This document shows positions 37,184 through 46,657 of a stretch of 64,000 nt of DNA, one piece after another. This DNA is from Verrucomicrobiota bacterium (lineage in GTDB: Bacteria > Verrucomicrobiota > Verrucomicrobiia > JABWAM01), in contig JAHFSY010000006.1 in the NCBI GenBank assembly GCA_023269615.1, positions 11,033-75,032 on the forward strand, given 5' to 3'. The translations under genes and the position numbers were made by a program. The notes under the pieces are model-generated. The model saw nothing but the letters and a program-made list of their open reading frames with translations. It was not told where the DNA came from and searched no databases. Positions within the stretch are counted from its first letter, which is position 1, and every line of letters starts with the position of its first letter.

Positions 37184-38668
37184 TTAGAACGAGTAAACCA
37201 GGTTCACAGCAACGGTGTCCTGCGTCTGACGAATGTCGCTGCCCGCAATGCCCGTGGCGCTGGTGCCAGCGGAACCGAAGCCAACGGCTCCAGCGGTCGT
37301 CCAGTCGCGGCGCCATTCGAGGCGGATCAGCGTGTCTTTCCACACGTTGAAAGCCTGGGTCAGCGTGAAGCTGAAGTTGTCAGTCTTCTGCGGAATGAAA
37401 CCGTTCACACCTGCAACTGAGGGAACTGCCAGGGGCCCAAGGCTCTCCTGGGTAACAGCTCCACCAACACCGCTGCTCACATTCGCATTCTTGTACCATG
37501 AGTAGCTGAAGCGGCCTGACGAAGTCAGCCACTTGTTCCAGTCCCACTTGCCGTAAGCGCTGAGCGCCGAGGCGTCAATGTTGGCAAACGATGTGGCCGC
37601 AGGGGTTCCTGCATAACCTTGCAGATTTGCAGTTTCCGAGCGATACAGGTAGTCAATGCCGAGGGCCATTTCCTTGACTTCAAACGGCTTGTTCCAGGTG
37701 CCACCGATGTTCCAGATGAACTGTTCACCAGTGCTGAATGTGGTCGCAGCAGGCACGCCCGTGCCAGCCACAACCGTGCTCGGAGACACAATGTCATTGC
37801 CATACAGGGAGGCGACAAACGCGTTGAACTCGCCAATGCTCGTCTTGGGTGCGGAAGCATCCAAGCGACCAATGAAGCTCAGGTTTTGATCGCGGTTTCC
37901 AGAACCAATGATCGTGTTGGCGGCGGTAGCATTGCCGGTGCCCGAGGTGCTATCCCAGCCGTTGATGACGCCCACGGTGCTCGTGAGGTAGTCATTCCAC
38001 TTGTAGCCGAGGGTGACGCCGGTCTGGGTCATGGGAGCCAGGCGGAAGGCATCAGAGCGGGAGAACTGCCAGTTGGCAGGGCTCTCGATCACTTCGTAGC
38101 CGAGGAGGGTGACCATCTTGCCGAACTTGACGTCCACGCCGTTACCGATCGGAACGCCGAGGGTGATGTAGGCCTGCTCGACAGCGAATTCACTGTCGTT
38201 GGCCGCAGCGCCCTGATTGTTGCTGCCGTTGATCACGGTGGCATCGTTGCCATAGATCGTGTCCACGCGGAAACCAGCAGGGAATTTGCTGGTGTCTTTG
38301 TCCTTCTCGATGGTGAGCTTGACGGCGTTCAGGTTGAACGAGTCAAACTGGCGATCGAACACGCGTCCGGTGTTGCCCGGGCCCGTGGTTGTTCCAGCCA
38401 CGCCGGACACGACTTGCGAACCACCAGCGCTGGGGCCCGAGTTGTCTTTATCGGCGAGGTTGACTGTATAAGAGGTGTCCACATAGCCACTGATTTTGAT
38501 GCCGGAGCCTTTGACGCCGGTGTAGCCTGTGTCTTTGAGTTTGGCTTCGAGTTCCTGGATGCGGTTCTCGAGCGACTTCTTTCCACCGCCACTATCATCG
38601 GCGTACATGGAAGAAACGCTCATCGCAGCCACGAGTGAAAGCCCGAGGATTTTCTTGGTGAGGTTCAT
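37184..38668 (-). CDS. outer-membrane porin-like beta-barrel with N-terminal coiled coil
   Basis: Signal peptide MNLTKKILGLSLVAAMSVSSMYA, coiled segment LENRIQELEAKLKD, alternating beta pattern, and C-terminal VNLVYSF. Confidence 0.7.
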   Translation of the reverse strand: MNLTKKILGLSLVAAMSVSSMYADDSGGGKKSLENRIQELEAKLKDTGYTGVKGSGIKISGYVDTSYTVNLADKDNSGPSAGGSQVVSGVAGTTTGPGNTGRVFDRQFDSFNLNAVKLTIEKDKDTSKFPAGFRVDTIYGNDATVINGSNNQGAAANDSEFAVEQAYITLGVPIGNGVDVKFGKMVTLLGYEVIESPANWQFSRSDAFRLAPMTQTGVTLGYKWNDYLTSTVGVINGWDSTSGTGNATAANTIIGSGNRDQNLSFIGRLDASAPKTSIGEFNAFVASLYGNDIVSPSTVVAGTGVPAATTFSTGEQFIWNIGGTWNKPFEVKEMALGIDYLYRSETANLQGYAGTPAATSFANIDASALSAYGKWDWNKWLTSSGRFSYSWYKNANVSSGVGGAVTQESLGPLAVPSVAGVNGFIPQKTDNFSFTLTQAFNVWKDTLIRLEWRRDWTTAGAVGFGSAGTSATGIAGSDIRQTQDTVAVNLVYSF

Positions 38669-38836
38669 TTGTTACTTTTTTTGTGTGCTAAGGAGCCGGC
38701 TTTCCTTGATGAGCCAACGGATGTTTCACGCGTCGTGAACCACCCTTTTCCTTAATGTATGCGTGGGAAAATACCAGAAGTCCCGGTCCTGTCAAGCGCC
38801 AATGACAACTTTTTTTATAAAACGTTCAAAATATTT

Positions 38837-39700
38837 TCATGTTTTTTTGGCCCCCTCCAGAAGCCTCGCGAGAACGTCATTCATATCGTCTGGCAATCGT
38901 GCCTCCAAAACCAAGGGTTGACGGGTGATCGGGTGCAAGAACTGAAGAGATGACGCATGCAAACACAACCGACGCACTCCCATGGTCTGGCGAAGCAGCC
39001 TATTAAGGGGGAAATTCCCGTAAACGCGGTCGCCTGCGACAAAATGTCGCTTTGCAGCAGCCTGAACGCGAATCTGGTGGGTGCGGCCTGTGAGAAGAGT
39101 AATTTTTAGCAGGGAGAGCGAGGACAATTTCGGATTGCGGATTGCGGATTGCGGAATGGGAAATGTGGAGAGGGTTTTGTAATCGAGTTCGGCGTTGGGA
39201 GGACGGCGGGGGATGATGATGGAGCGGACCATGCCTTTTCCTGATTGTTTTTGAAAATGATCTCTCCAATGGCCGGAAGGCGGAGAGGGCTTTCCTGCGA
39301 CGAGCGCAAAATAAATTTTGTGGATTTGTTGTTCCTCAAAGAGAACCCGACACAGCTTCGCGACGTGTTCGGATTTTGCCGCGAGCAGCACCCCCGAGGT
39401 GTCCTGGTCGAGGCGGTGCACAAGCCAGATCGGCCCGGACGGCGTGTCAAAGCGTCGGGCGTCCAAATCATAACTCCCTTCGAACGCGCAACGGGATGCG
39501 CGGGGCGCGGGCTTCCCATGGGAAAGTGGATTGGGATGGGAGAGAACGCCCTCGGGCTTGTGGATGGCAACCAGCCACGCGTCCTCGTGGAGGATGGGAT
39601 GGCGGGAGGGCAATTTCGGATTGCGAGTTGCGGATTGAGGAATGGGGAAAACGGAATTCGGATCCTGAAAATCGGAGTTTGTTGTTGGGAAATCGTTCAT
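38837..39700 (-). CDS. RluA-family pseudouridine synthase
   Basis: VHRLDQDTSGVLL (catalytic Asp) and LLTGRTHQIRVQ. Alternative TTG start at 39613 would exclude the N-terminal repeat-encoded segment. Internal repeat-encoded insertion at 39128..39158. Confidence 0.75.
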   Translation of the reverse strand: MNDFPTTNSDFQDPNSVFPIPQSATRNPKLPSRHPILHEDAWLVAIHKPEGVLSHPNPLSHGKPAPRASRCAFEGSYDLDARRFDTPSGPIWLVHRLDQDTSGVLLAAKSEHVAKLCRVLFEEQQIHKIYFALVAGKPSPPSGHWRDHFQKQSGKGMVRSIIIPRRPPNAELDYKTLSTFPIPQSAIRNPKLSSLSLLKITLLTGRTHQIRVQAAAKRHFVAGDRVYGNFPLNRLLRQTMGVRRLCLHASSLQFLHPITRQPLVLEARLPDDMNDVLARLLEGAKKT

Positions 39701-39817
39701 TGTGTTCGTCTTCGCTACTGGAATGGAGCGGGGAAAACGAGGAGGATTTTGGAATCGCTGATGGATATTCCGAAACGTCGGATGATGCCCGGGATCCCAA
39801 ACCGTTTGCTTCCGGCG

Positions 39818-39846
39818 TTGACATGCCTTGCACGACTCCGTATTTC
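39818..39846 (+). promoter_or_regulatory. sigma70-like promoter for rpmH
   Basis: TTGACA (39818..39823), 17-nt spacer, then TATTTC (39841..39846), 12 nt upstream of the rpmH ATG. Confidence 0.4.
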
Positions 39847-39857
39847 TTTCGGTTCAC

Positions 39858-39998
39858 ATGAAACGCACGTATCAACCATCCAAGCGTGTGCGCAAGCGCC
39901 GCCACGGATTTCTCAGCAGGACCCGCACCAAGGCCGGACGGGCCACACTCGCCCGTCGCCGCAAGAAGGGTCGCAAACGTTTAACACCGAAGATGTAA
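39858..39998 (+). CDS. rpmH: 50S ribosomal protein L34
   Basis: Not in the track (46 aa). Translation [46 protein letters not shown] is a canonical L34. Confidence 0.95.
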   Translation: MKRTYQPSKRVRKRRHGFLSRTRTKAGRATLARRRKKGRKRLTPKM

Positions 39999-40044
39999 CA
40001 AACTTTCAATGTACCGCCATTCGGGATGATGAGCGGGTTTCGAC

Positions 40045-40410
40045 GTGATGAATCAGCGCCTGCCCAAGTCGTTGCGAATTCAGCAATCCGCCGAAATCCG
40101 AAACATCCTGAAAACGGGACGCAAATACACCGGGAACCACCTCATTCTTTACTGCCTGCCCCCAGCCGAACCCGCCGCCGCCCGCGCCGGGTTTCTTTCG
40201 CCCAAGCGGCTGGGAAAAGCCACGCGCCGCAACCGGCTCCGACGATGGATGCGCGAGGCGTATCGAAGGCACCGTGAGGAATTGAGCGGTTCCCCCCAAA
40301 TCCTCATGATGGGACGAACCTCCGCCATGCAAGCCGGCTACCAGGCCTTGCACGATGATTTCCTGCAGCTCTGCCGGAAGGCGCGTCTCCTGCCGTCGCG
40401 TGATTCGTAA
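40045..40410 (+). CDS. rnpA: ribonuclease P protein component
   Basis: Follows rpm[23 protein letters not shown]... and [21 protein letters not shown] (RNR motif). Confidence 0.85.
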   Translation: MMNQRLPKSLRIQQSAEIRNILKTGRKYTGNHLILYCLPPAEPAAARAGFLSPKRLGKATRRNRLRRWMREAYRRHREELSGSPQILMMGRTSAMQAGYQALHDDFLQLCRKARLLPSRDS

Positions 40411-40663
40411 ATTCCTGCTGCTCCTCATCCGTTTCTACCAGCTTGCCATCTCGCCCTGGCTCGGGCGCTGGTGCCGCTTCGATCCCTCGTGCAGCCAATA
40501 CGCCCGCCAGGCCATCGAGCAGCACGGCTCGGCCCGCGGCGCGCGGCTCGCCCTGTGCCGTATCGCCCGATGTCATCCCTTTTGCGACGGCGGGCATGAT
40601 CCTGTGCCTCCCGCGACGCATCGCGTCGGCCCGCTCCATTCCCACCCTTCCTCCCATGGATAG
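40400..40663 (+). CDS. yidD: membrane protein insertion efficiency factor YidD
   Basis: [35 protein letters not shown]...[16 protein letters not shown] 40400 chosen. Confidence 0.85.
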   Translation: MIRKFLLLLIRFYQLAISPWLGRWCRFDPSCSQYARQAIEQHGSARGARLALCRIARCHPFCDGGHDPVPPATHRVGPLHSHPSSHG

Positions 40664-42461
40664 GAAATCACTTCCGCTCATCATCCTGCTCGTGTTATTG
40701 CTCCTGTTCTACCGGAGCATCCTGGAAAAAATCTGGCCGACACCGCCGGGCGCCCACTCCGGGGGGACCAACCAGGTGAGCCAGGTGCAGAGCCCGGCCA
40801 ACACATCCACCAATGCGGTTGCACCGGTGCCGACACGTGCGGAGGGGCTGGTCGCCATGGTTCGCCCCACGCCATCCACGCCGCCGCAGGTCGAAATTCT
40901 GAAAAACGACCAGTGTGACGTTGAGTTTTCAAGCCAGGGCGGCGGCATCGAGAAGGTCACGCTTCACCATTTTTCTGGCGACGACCACGTCTCCATCGTA
41001 CTCAACGCGCAAAGCCCTCTGCCCATCGGCGCTGTCTCGGCAGGGGGAACGTCGTTCTGGATCCCATGCCAGATGAGCGCTGTCTCCAACCAGGTGCGTG
41101 CTGTGAGCCAGTCATCCAATGGACTGGTCATCACCCGCGAATACACGTTGAAGCCGGATTACCAGATCACGGAGAACGTGATGCTGAAAAACGCCGGCAC
41201 GAATGCGTTCGACCGGATGGCAGTGCGGCTGGCGCTGGGCATGTCCGAACCCATGGGTGGCCGCGCCAGCGGGAACTCCTTTGCCTTTCTATGGAAATTG
41301 TTCGGCAGGGTTCCGCCGATGAGCGAGAGCGAGCGGGGCGACCATCTTGGCTTCTCCTTCATGCTGGATGGTGAGAAATCAGTGCATCAGGCCCTGCCGG
41401 GATTGAAGGCGCAGGTGGCACAACAACAGCAGCCGTTCGAGCGCCTCGCGCCGATCAGCTGGGCCGCGGTCAAGAACCAGTACTTCACCCAACTTGTCAC
41501 TCCGGAGAGCCCCTTCGCCGCGCTGCATGCCGCGCCGTTCGCCCTGCCCCAGGACAAGGATCCGGGCGTGCCAAAAAATTCGGGGGGGGTGCTTGCCGTG
41601 GCCACAACCCCAACCTTCAGCCTTGCCGCCGGCGCATCCACCAACCTGACGTTCAGCATTTACGCGGGGCCGAAGGAATATAAAATTCTGACCCTGCTCG
41701 ACAAGGGACAGGACGACCTCCTCGAGCTGGAAGTCTGGGGGCTGGGTATTTTCAAGCCGTTCTCCCGCGCGCTTCTCTGGATGCTCGATATTTTCCACGC
41801 GATTTTCCACAACTGGGGCATCGCCATCATCGTGGTCACCATCGTCATCAAGATTCTCTTCTGGCCGCTCACCGCCATCAGCACGCGCAGCATGAAGAAA
41901 ATGCAGGCGCTCGCGCCGAAAATGAACGCGATCAAGGAGAAGTACAAGGGCGACCAGCAGAAGCAGAACGAGGAGATCATGAAGATGTACCGGGATTACA
42001 AGATCAATCCCATGGCCGGATGCCTGCCCGTTCTCGTCCAGATCCCCATTTTCATCGCCTTCTACAACCTCCTGCGCACCGCGATTGAATTGCGCGGCGC
42101 AAGCTTCCTGTGGATCCATGACCTTTCCATGCCGGACACCGTGTACACCATCCCCGGCATTGATTTTCCCATCAATCTCATGCCGCTCATCATGGTCGTC
42201 ACCATGGTCATCCAGATGCGCGTCACGCCCCAGGCGCCCAATGTGGATCCCTCCATGAAAATGATGATGTGGATCATGCCCGTGATGTTCCTCTGGATTT
42301 GCTACGGATACTCCTCCGGGCTTTCGCTCTACTGGACGTTCCAGAATTTTCTCACGATTGTTCAAACTTATCTCACACGGGACCAGCCCGTGGAGCCGCC
42401 GCAGAAAGTAAAGCGCAAGGCAGGCTTCACGTTCAGCCGCCCCACTGACAGGAAAAAATAA
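40656..42461 (+). CDS. yidC: membrane protein insertase YidC
   Basis: N-terminal TM segment, large periplasmic domain, and conserved 60-kDa IMP core ([19 protein letters not shown]...[19 protein letters not shown]...[12 protein letters not shown]...LYWTFQN). Confidence 0.9.
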   Translation: MDRKSLPLIILLVLLLLFYRSILEKIWPTPPGAHSGGTNQVSQVQSPANTSTNAVAPVPTRAEGLVAMVRPTPSTPPQVEILKNDQCDVEFSSQGGGIEKVTLHHFSGDDHVSIVLNAQSPLPIGAVSAGGTSFWIPCQMSAVSNQVRAVSQSSNGLVITREYTLKPDYQITENVMLKNAGTNAFDRMAVRLALGMSEPMGGRASGNSFAFLWKLFGRVPPMSESERGDHLGFSFMLDGEKSVHQALPGLKAQVAQQQQPFERLAPISWAAVKNQYFTQLVTPESPFAALHAAPFALPQDKDPGVPKNSGGVLAVATTPTFSLAAGASTNLTFSIYAGPKEYKILTLLDKGQDDLLELEVWGLGIFKPFSRALLWMLDIFHAIFHNWGIAIIVVTIVIKILFWPLTAISTRSMKKMQALAPKMNAIKEKYKGDQQKQNEEIMKMYRDYKINPMAGCLPVLVQIPIFIAFYNLLRTAIELRGASFLWIHDLSMPDTVYTIPGIDFPINLMPLIMVVTMVIQMRVTPQAPNVDPSMKMMMWIMPVMFLWICYGYSSGLSLYWTFQNFLTIVQTYLTRDQPVEPPQKVKRKAGFTFSRPTDRKK

Positions 42462-42478
42462 ACGAAAGGAGTTGCCCC

Positions 42479-43207
42479 ATGGAAACCGAGTTATCCGGCG
42501 CACCCACCCCCTCACCCACGCCCGCACCCGTCAGCCAGCCCCCGGATCCGCCCCCGGACCTCAACCTCCTCGCCGAGGAAGCCAGGCAGATCCTCGCCGA
42601 AATGCTTCCGCTGCTCTCGCTCGACGTCAGGATGACATCCTCCCACGACAACAACAACGTGCGCATCCAGATGAAATGCGAGGATGCCGCGCTCCTCATC
42701 GGTCGGCGTGGTTCCACCATCAACGAGCTGCAGTTTCTCGTAAATCGCATCATGCAGCGCCGCCACAAAATCGTGCCGCGCTTCTTTCTTGATGTGGACG
42801 CAGGCCCCAAGCCCCAGGCGCAACCGCAGCCCCAGGAGCAGCCGAAGGCAGCCCAGCCGATGCCTCCTCAGGAATCCCGGCACCAGCCGCCGCAGCGAAG
42901 GCAGGTTGCGCAGCATCAGCAGCAACAGCGAAGGGACCAATGGGAACCCGCTGCGCCGACCCCCAAGCCAGCTCCCGCGATCGCAGAAGCGCCGCCCACT
43001 CTTGTCGCAACCGATCCATTCGAGGATCGGATGAAGGCCGCAGCCAACAAAGTGCGCCGCTGGGGCGAACCGCTCGACCTCGGCCCCATGAGTGCCGAGG
43101 AGCGCCAGTCCGTCCAGGATTATTTCGCGCGCGACCGCGAGATCGAAGCCGTCGTCGTGGAAACCAAGCACGGCCCCCAGATCCGCCTCCAGTCAAAACA
43201 ACAATAG
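42479..43207 (+). CDS. jag: Jag/KhpB-like RNA-binding protein (KH + R3H)
   Basis: Position after yidC. KH-like LLIGRRGSTINELQFLVNRIM. Pro/Gln-rich linker. C-terminal R3H-like MSAEERQSVQDYF. Confidence 0.7.
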   Translation: METELSGAPTPSPTPAPVSQPPDPPPDLNLLAEEARQILAEMLPLLSLDVRMTSSHDNNNVRIQMKCEDAALLIGRRGSTINELQFLVNRIMQRRHKIVPRFFLDVDAGPKPQAQPQPQEQPKAAQPMPPQESRHQPPQRRQVAQHQQQQRRDQWEPAAPTPKPAPAIAEAPPTLVATDPFEDRMKAAANKVRRWGEPLDLGPMSAEERQSVQDYFARDREIEAVVVETKHGPQIRLQSKQQ

Positions 43208-43210
43208 GGG

Positions 43211-43347
43211 AAGCTTTAAGCCGTAAGCTTTACGCCTTAAGTTTTCAGCAGAGGAAGGCAGGATGTTTTGACAGAATGGACAGAATTTAGGAGCCCGGGC
43301 TCACTTGGTTCAGAAATATTCTGTCGATTCTGTTCATTCTGTCAAAA
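43211..43347. repeat. heptamer block (AAGCTTT AAGCCGT AAGCTTT ACGCCTT AAG) plus an inverted pair of GACAGAAT-type repeats
   Basis: 43266..43286 ttttgacagaatggacagaat is inverted relative to 43318..43347 attctgtcgattctgttcattctgtcaaaa. Confidence 0.8.
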
Positions 43348-43411
43348 AACACCGGGATATTGATGTCGCATCCAAATTGATTTTCCGCCTGGTTTCTGCC
43401 ATGTTTGCCTC

Positions 43412-44269
43412 ATGCTCATGCCACGAAGCATCTGGCTTCTTTTGATTCTCGTTGCGGCTCCCATCCTCCGTGCTGAAAAAATGGTGGTGGAGGTATATCC
43501 GCTCGACCTCGCCGATTTCGAAACTGCCTCTCAACTCGCCGCCGCCATGGTGTCCAAGGAGGCCAAGCTCGTCTCCGACAAGGAGAACAACCGCCTCATC
43601 GTGTATGATTTCCCGGAGCGGCAGGCCGCCCTGCGCAAGGCGCTCATGAAAGTAAGCGCCCCCGCGAACAATGTGCGCATCCAGGTCGCGTTCAAGGACC
43701 AGTCCAGCCTGCAGCAGAATTCGGCGGGCGTGGAGGGTCGCTTTCGAGCGGGGGGCGTGACGGTCGGGACGTCGCGCTCGACCGTGAACGGGGTGAATGT
43801 GCATGCCGACCAGGTAAACGTCATGCGCGATTCCAACGTCCAGCAGGAACTCATCGTGGTCAGCGGTGGAAAGGCAAAACTCCGGGTTGGCACCGACCTC
43901 CCCTACGCCGACTGGTTCTGGAGCTACGGCATCCAGCAGGGCCTCTGGAACGGCGGCGTGAAATGGAAGGAAGTGGGCGCGCAGATGATCGTGGAACCCT
44001 ACGTCATCGGCGGCAAAATCCGCGTGCGCCTTACTCCTGAATTCAGCTACGTGGTGGACGGGAAGACCCTCGCCACCGCCATCGAGAAACTGACCACCGA
44101 GGTCATCGTCGACGACGGCCAGGAAATCAGCCTGGGCGGTCTGCCGGTCTCCGACAGCGAATTCTTCTCCCGCTTCCTCATCGGCTACGACCACGCCGGC
44201 GAAAAACGCTCCCTGCACATCACGCTCAAGCCCACGATCGAACCCGCCACCCGGCCTATGCAGCAATAA
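43412..44269 (+). CDS. secretin-like outer-membrane protein (short)
   Basis: Signal peptide MLMPRSIWLLLILVAAPILRAEK, NolW-like N-domain pattern (VYPLDLADFETASQLAAAM...NNRLIVYDFPERQAALRKAL), and a secretin-like end (VVDDGQEISLGGL). Tentative. Confidence 0.45.
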   Translation: MLMPRSIWLLLILVAAPILRAEKMVVEVYPLDLADFETASQLAAAMVSKEAKLVSDKENNRLIVYDFPERQAALRKALMKVSAPANNVRIQVAFKDQSSLQQNSAGVEGRFRAGGVTVGTSRSTVNGVNVHADQVNVMRDSNVQQELIVVSGGKAKLRVGTDLPYADWFWSYGIQQGLWNGGVKWKEVGAQMIVEPYVIGGKIRVRLTPEFSYVVDGKTLATAIEKLTTEVIVDDGQEISLGGLPVSDSEFFSRFLIGYDHAGEKRSLHITLKPTIEPATRPMQQ

Positions 44270-44353
44270 TTTCTGCGGCCGGCTGATGCCGCATTTGGGG
44301 TTGTTTTCCTTCCCTCGATGAAATATCCCGGGTGAATCACGCGATTCATCCCT

Positions 44354-45418
44354 GTGCAAACCATCATCCCACCTGCGGGCGCCGCATCCGAGCCGTCTGC
44401 CTCGATGTCGGTTGCCCTTCCGGAACTCCTTCTCGTCCATGCACAATCCCGTTTCTGCGAACTGGGGCTGGCTTCATCCGAGGCGACGGAATGGCGCTGG
44501 GAGCCGATCACGCATGGCGGCTCGGATCGCGATTTTTACCGGGTGCGGTGCGATGGCGGGCGAAGCTGGGTGGTGATGAGCTATTCGGACGCGCGGGAGG
44601 AGAATGCGCTTTACGCGGCGATCGCTGAATTTTTGCGCGACCAGGGAATCCGCGCGCCTCAACTTCATTTTCACGACGCCTCGTCGCGCCTCATCGGTCT
44701 CGAGGACCTGGGCGATTGCAGCCTCTACAGCATGGCGAACGGACCCGGTGGGATGGCCCATGCCGAGTCTTTGTACCGCGAGGCCCTGGAACAGGTGCTG
44801 CGGCTCCACAAGCACGCATCGGCGCCCGTGCCGATCATGGGCGGATTTGATGACAAGCTTTATCGTTGGGAGCGGCTTTACTTCCTCGAAAATCTCGTTG
44901 AGCGGTGGGCAGGCATTCGTCTCACCGAAGCGGAGCGCGCAACCCTCGATCGCGAGGGCGAGGAGATGGCGGGGCGGCTGCTCGCGGCGCCGCGATGCCT
45001 CATCCACCGCGATTTTCAGTCACAAAACCTGATCGTGCGCGACGGCGGGGTGTGGATGATTGATTTCCAGGGGATGCGGCTTGGCCATGCGGCCTACGAC
45101 GTGGCATCGCTGCTCTACGATCCCTACGTGGACGTGGGGGCGGAGCGGCGCGAGGCGTTGCTGGCGGTGTATGCGGCGCGAGGCGTGGGGAAGAGCGATG
45201 ATTTTCGCGGGACATTTTACCGCGCAGCGGCCCAGCGGCTGATGCAGGCTCTCGGCGCATACGGATTTCTCGGATTGGTGAAGGGAAAGAAGGATTTCCT
45301 GCGTCATATCCCCCGCGGGCTGGCCCACCTTTCCGACGCGCTTGATCGCATGGGTGAAATGCCGGGGACACGAGAGTTGGTGAAACGAATAGGGATTGAA
45401 TCGGCGCGCCGTCTTTGA
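44354..45418 (+). CDS. aminoglycoside-phosphotransferase-fold kinase (AmgK/MurNAc-GlcNAc kinase-like)
   Basis: LIHRDFQSQNLIV catalytic loop and MIDFQGMRLGHAAYDVASLLYD. Start is uncertain. Confidence 0.65.
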   Translation: MQTIIPPAGAASEPSASMSVALPELLLVHAQSRFCELGLASSEATEWRWEPITHGGSDRDFYRVRCDGGRSWVVMSYSDAREENALYAAIAEFLRDQGIRAPQLHFHDASSRLIGLEDLGDCSLYSMANGPGGMAHAESLYREALEQVLRLHKHASAPVPIMGGFDDKLYRWERLYFLENLVERWAGIRLTEAERATLDREGEEMAGRLLAAPRCLIHRDFQSQNLIVRDGGVWMIDFQGMRLGHAAYDVASLLYDPYVDVGAERREALLAVYAARGVGKSDDFRGTFYRAAAQRLMQALGAYGFLGLVKGKKDFLRHIPRGLAHLSDALDRMGEMPGTRELVKRIGIESARRL

Positions 45419-45441
45419 GAAGGTGGCACCTTCTCAATCCA

Positions 45442-46215
45442 ATGGAACAGCTGACCTTCAAGACGGGGGAATTGATCATCAAGCAGGGCGACCTGGGCTG
45501 CAACGCGTACCGTATCACTCGCGGACAAGTGGAGGTTTTCCTTTCCCGCAGCAAAAAGAGCTTCGTGCTTGGGCGGCTTGGTGCGGGTGAATTTTTTGGC
45601 GAGATGGGGATGATCGAGGACAAGCCGCGGTCCGCCTCGGTGCAGGCGGTGGAGCCGACGGACGTGGAGGTGATCACGCCGCGCGATTTCAACGAATTCA
45701 TCCTCAAGAACCCGGACAAGCTCATCCCGTACCTCAAGTCCTTCTTTGAGCGCCTGCGCCGGGCAAACGAGCTTTCATTTTTTCAACTGCCGTCGTCCGA
45801 GCCCCCCACCGAATCGTCCGGCTCGTCGTCGGAAATTGATCCCGGCACGGTGCGCATGGCGGCGCAGACCGAGGAGCTTCGCCGTCGGATTCCCAAGCCT
45901 GAAGTGTTGATCCACAAGTTTCCGTACCGCATCGGGCGCTGGAGCGAGAACGTGCAGGCGGATGTATTTGTGTCGAATGACCTGCTGATCCGTGACGAAT
46001 CGCCCTACCAGATTTCACGCAATCATTGCGCCATCGAGCGCGAGGGAGACCACTACTGCGTGCTCGACCGCGGTAGCGCACAGGGCACGGCGGTCAACGG
46101 CAAGCGCATCGGCGGAATCGAGAACCAGATGATCGCCCCGCTGCATTCCGGCGAGAATGAAGTCCTGCTCGGGGGCGAAAACAGCGCCTACCGCTTCAAG
46201 GTTGTGGTGAGCTGA
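45442..46215 (+). CDS. cyclic-nucleotide-binding domain + FHA domain protein
   Basis: cNMP-binding FFGEMGMIEDKPRSASV, and FHA ISRNHCAIEREGDHYCVLDRGSAQGTAVNGK. Confidence 0.75.
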   Translation: MEQLTFKTGELIIKQGDLGCNAYRITRGQVEVFLSRSKKSFVLGRLGAGEFFGEMGMIEDKPRSASVQAVEPTDVEVITPRDFNEFILKNPDKLIPYLKSFFERLRRANELSFFQLPSSEPPTESSGSSSEIDPGTVRMAAQTEELRRRIPKPEVLIHKFPYRIGRWSENVQADVFVSNDLLIRDESPYQISRNHCAIEREGDHYCVLDRGSAQGTAVNGKRIGGIENQMIAPLHSGENEVLLGGENSAYRFKVVVS

Positions 46216-46231
46216 GCCCTGAACCCGGCCG

Positions 46232-46336
46232 TCACTTTGACGCGGATTTTTTCTTCGGGGATGCCGCCGTTTTTTTGCGTTTCAGGTAGGCGACGCGCCG
46301 GCGGCGCTTGATGACGTTGTTGTATGGTTTGCTCAT
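46232..46336 (-). CDS. possible very basic 34-aa peptide
   Basis: Translation MSKPYNNVIKRRRRVAYLKRKKTAASPKKKSASK. No clear SD and no family recognised. Confidence 0.2.
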   Translation of the reverse strand: MSKPYNNVIKRRRRVAYLKRKKTAASPKKKSASK

Positions 46337-46484
46337 GCCATCAGGTGTTGCCGCAAATTCACCATGCGAAGCAAGCGTGAATTATGAGGGTTTGGGAATG
46401 ACGCTGCCCGGTCAGCGGGGGGATTGGGACTATCATTCCATTCGCCTTTCGATTATGCTCCGCACATTACAAGACAATGCCATA

Positions 46485-46581
46485 GGAGAGTGAAGGGTGC
46501 CTGGTGGCCCTCGCGGTCTTCAAAACCGCCGTCGGCCCGTTTTACGGGGCGAGGTGGGTTCGATTCCCACCCTCTCCGCCA
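46485..46581 (+). tRNA. selC: tRNA-Sec (anticodon UCA)
   Basis: 97 nt. GGAGAG.../...CTCTCC-G-CCA acceptor. Anticodon arm GCGGT-CTTCAAA-ACCGC with anticodon TCA. Long variable arm (GGCCCGTTTTACGGGGC). T-arm GGTGGG-TTCGATT-CCCACC. Sits directly upstream of selD. Confidence 0.9.
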
Positions 46582-46657
46582 TTTTCACCACGGACTTGCG
46601 ATCTTCGAATTCGCAGGGTAATCCAAAATCAGACATTGCCAGAAGGAGGTGATGAAC

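Noticed and set aside
39700-39858. oriC near rpmH (origin-proximal rpmH-rnpA-yidD-yidC-jag cluster)
   Set aside because: dnaA is not adjacent; an RluA-family gene lies upstream. I see no cluster of DnaA boxes in the spacer. The only perfect TTATCCACA I noticed (20742..20750) is isolated inside the VWA gene.
43334-44446. 370-aa minus-strand ORF opposite the secretin-like gene
   Set aside because: It has no signal peptide or motifs and fully overlaps a plus-strand ORF with a signal peptide and better composition.
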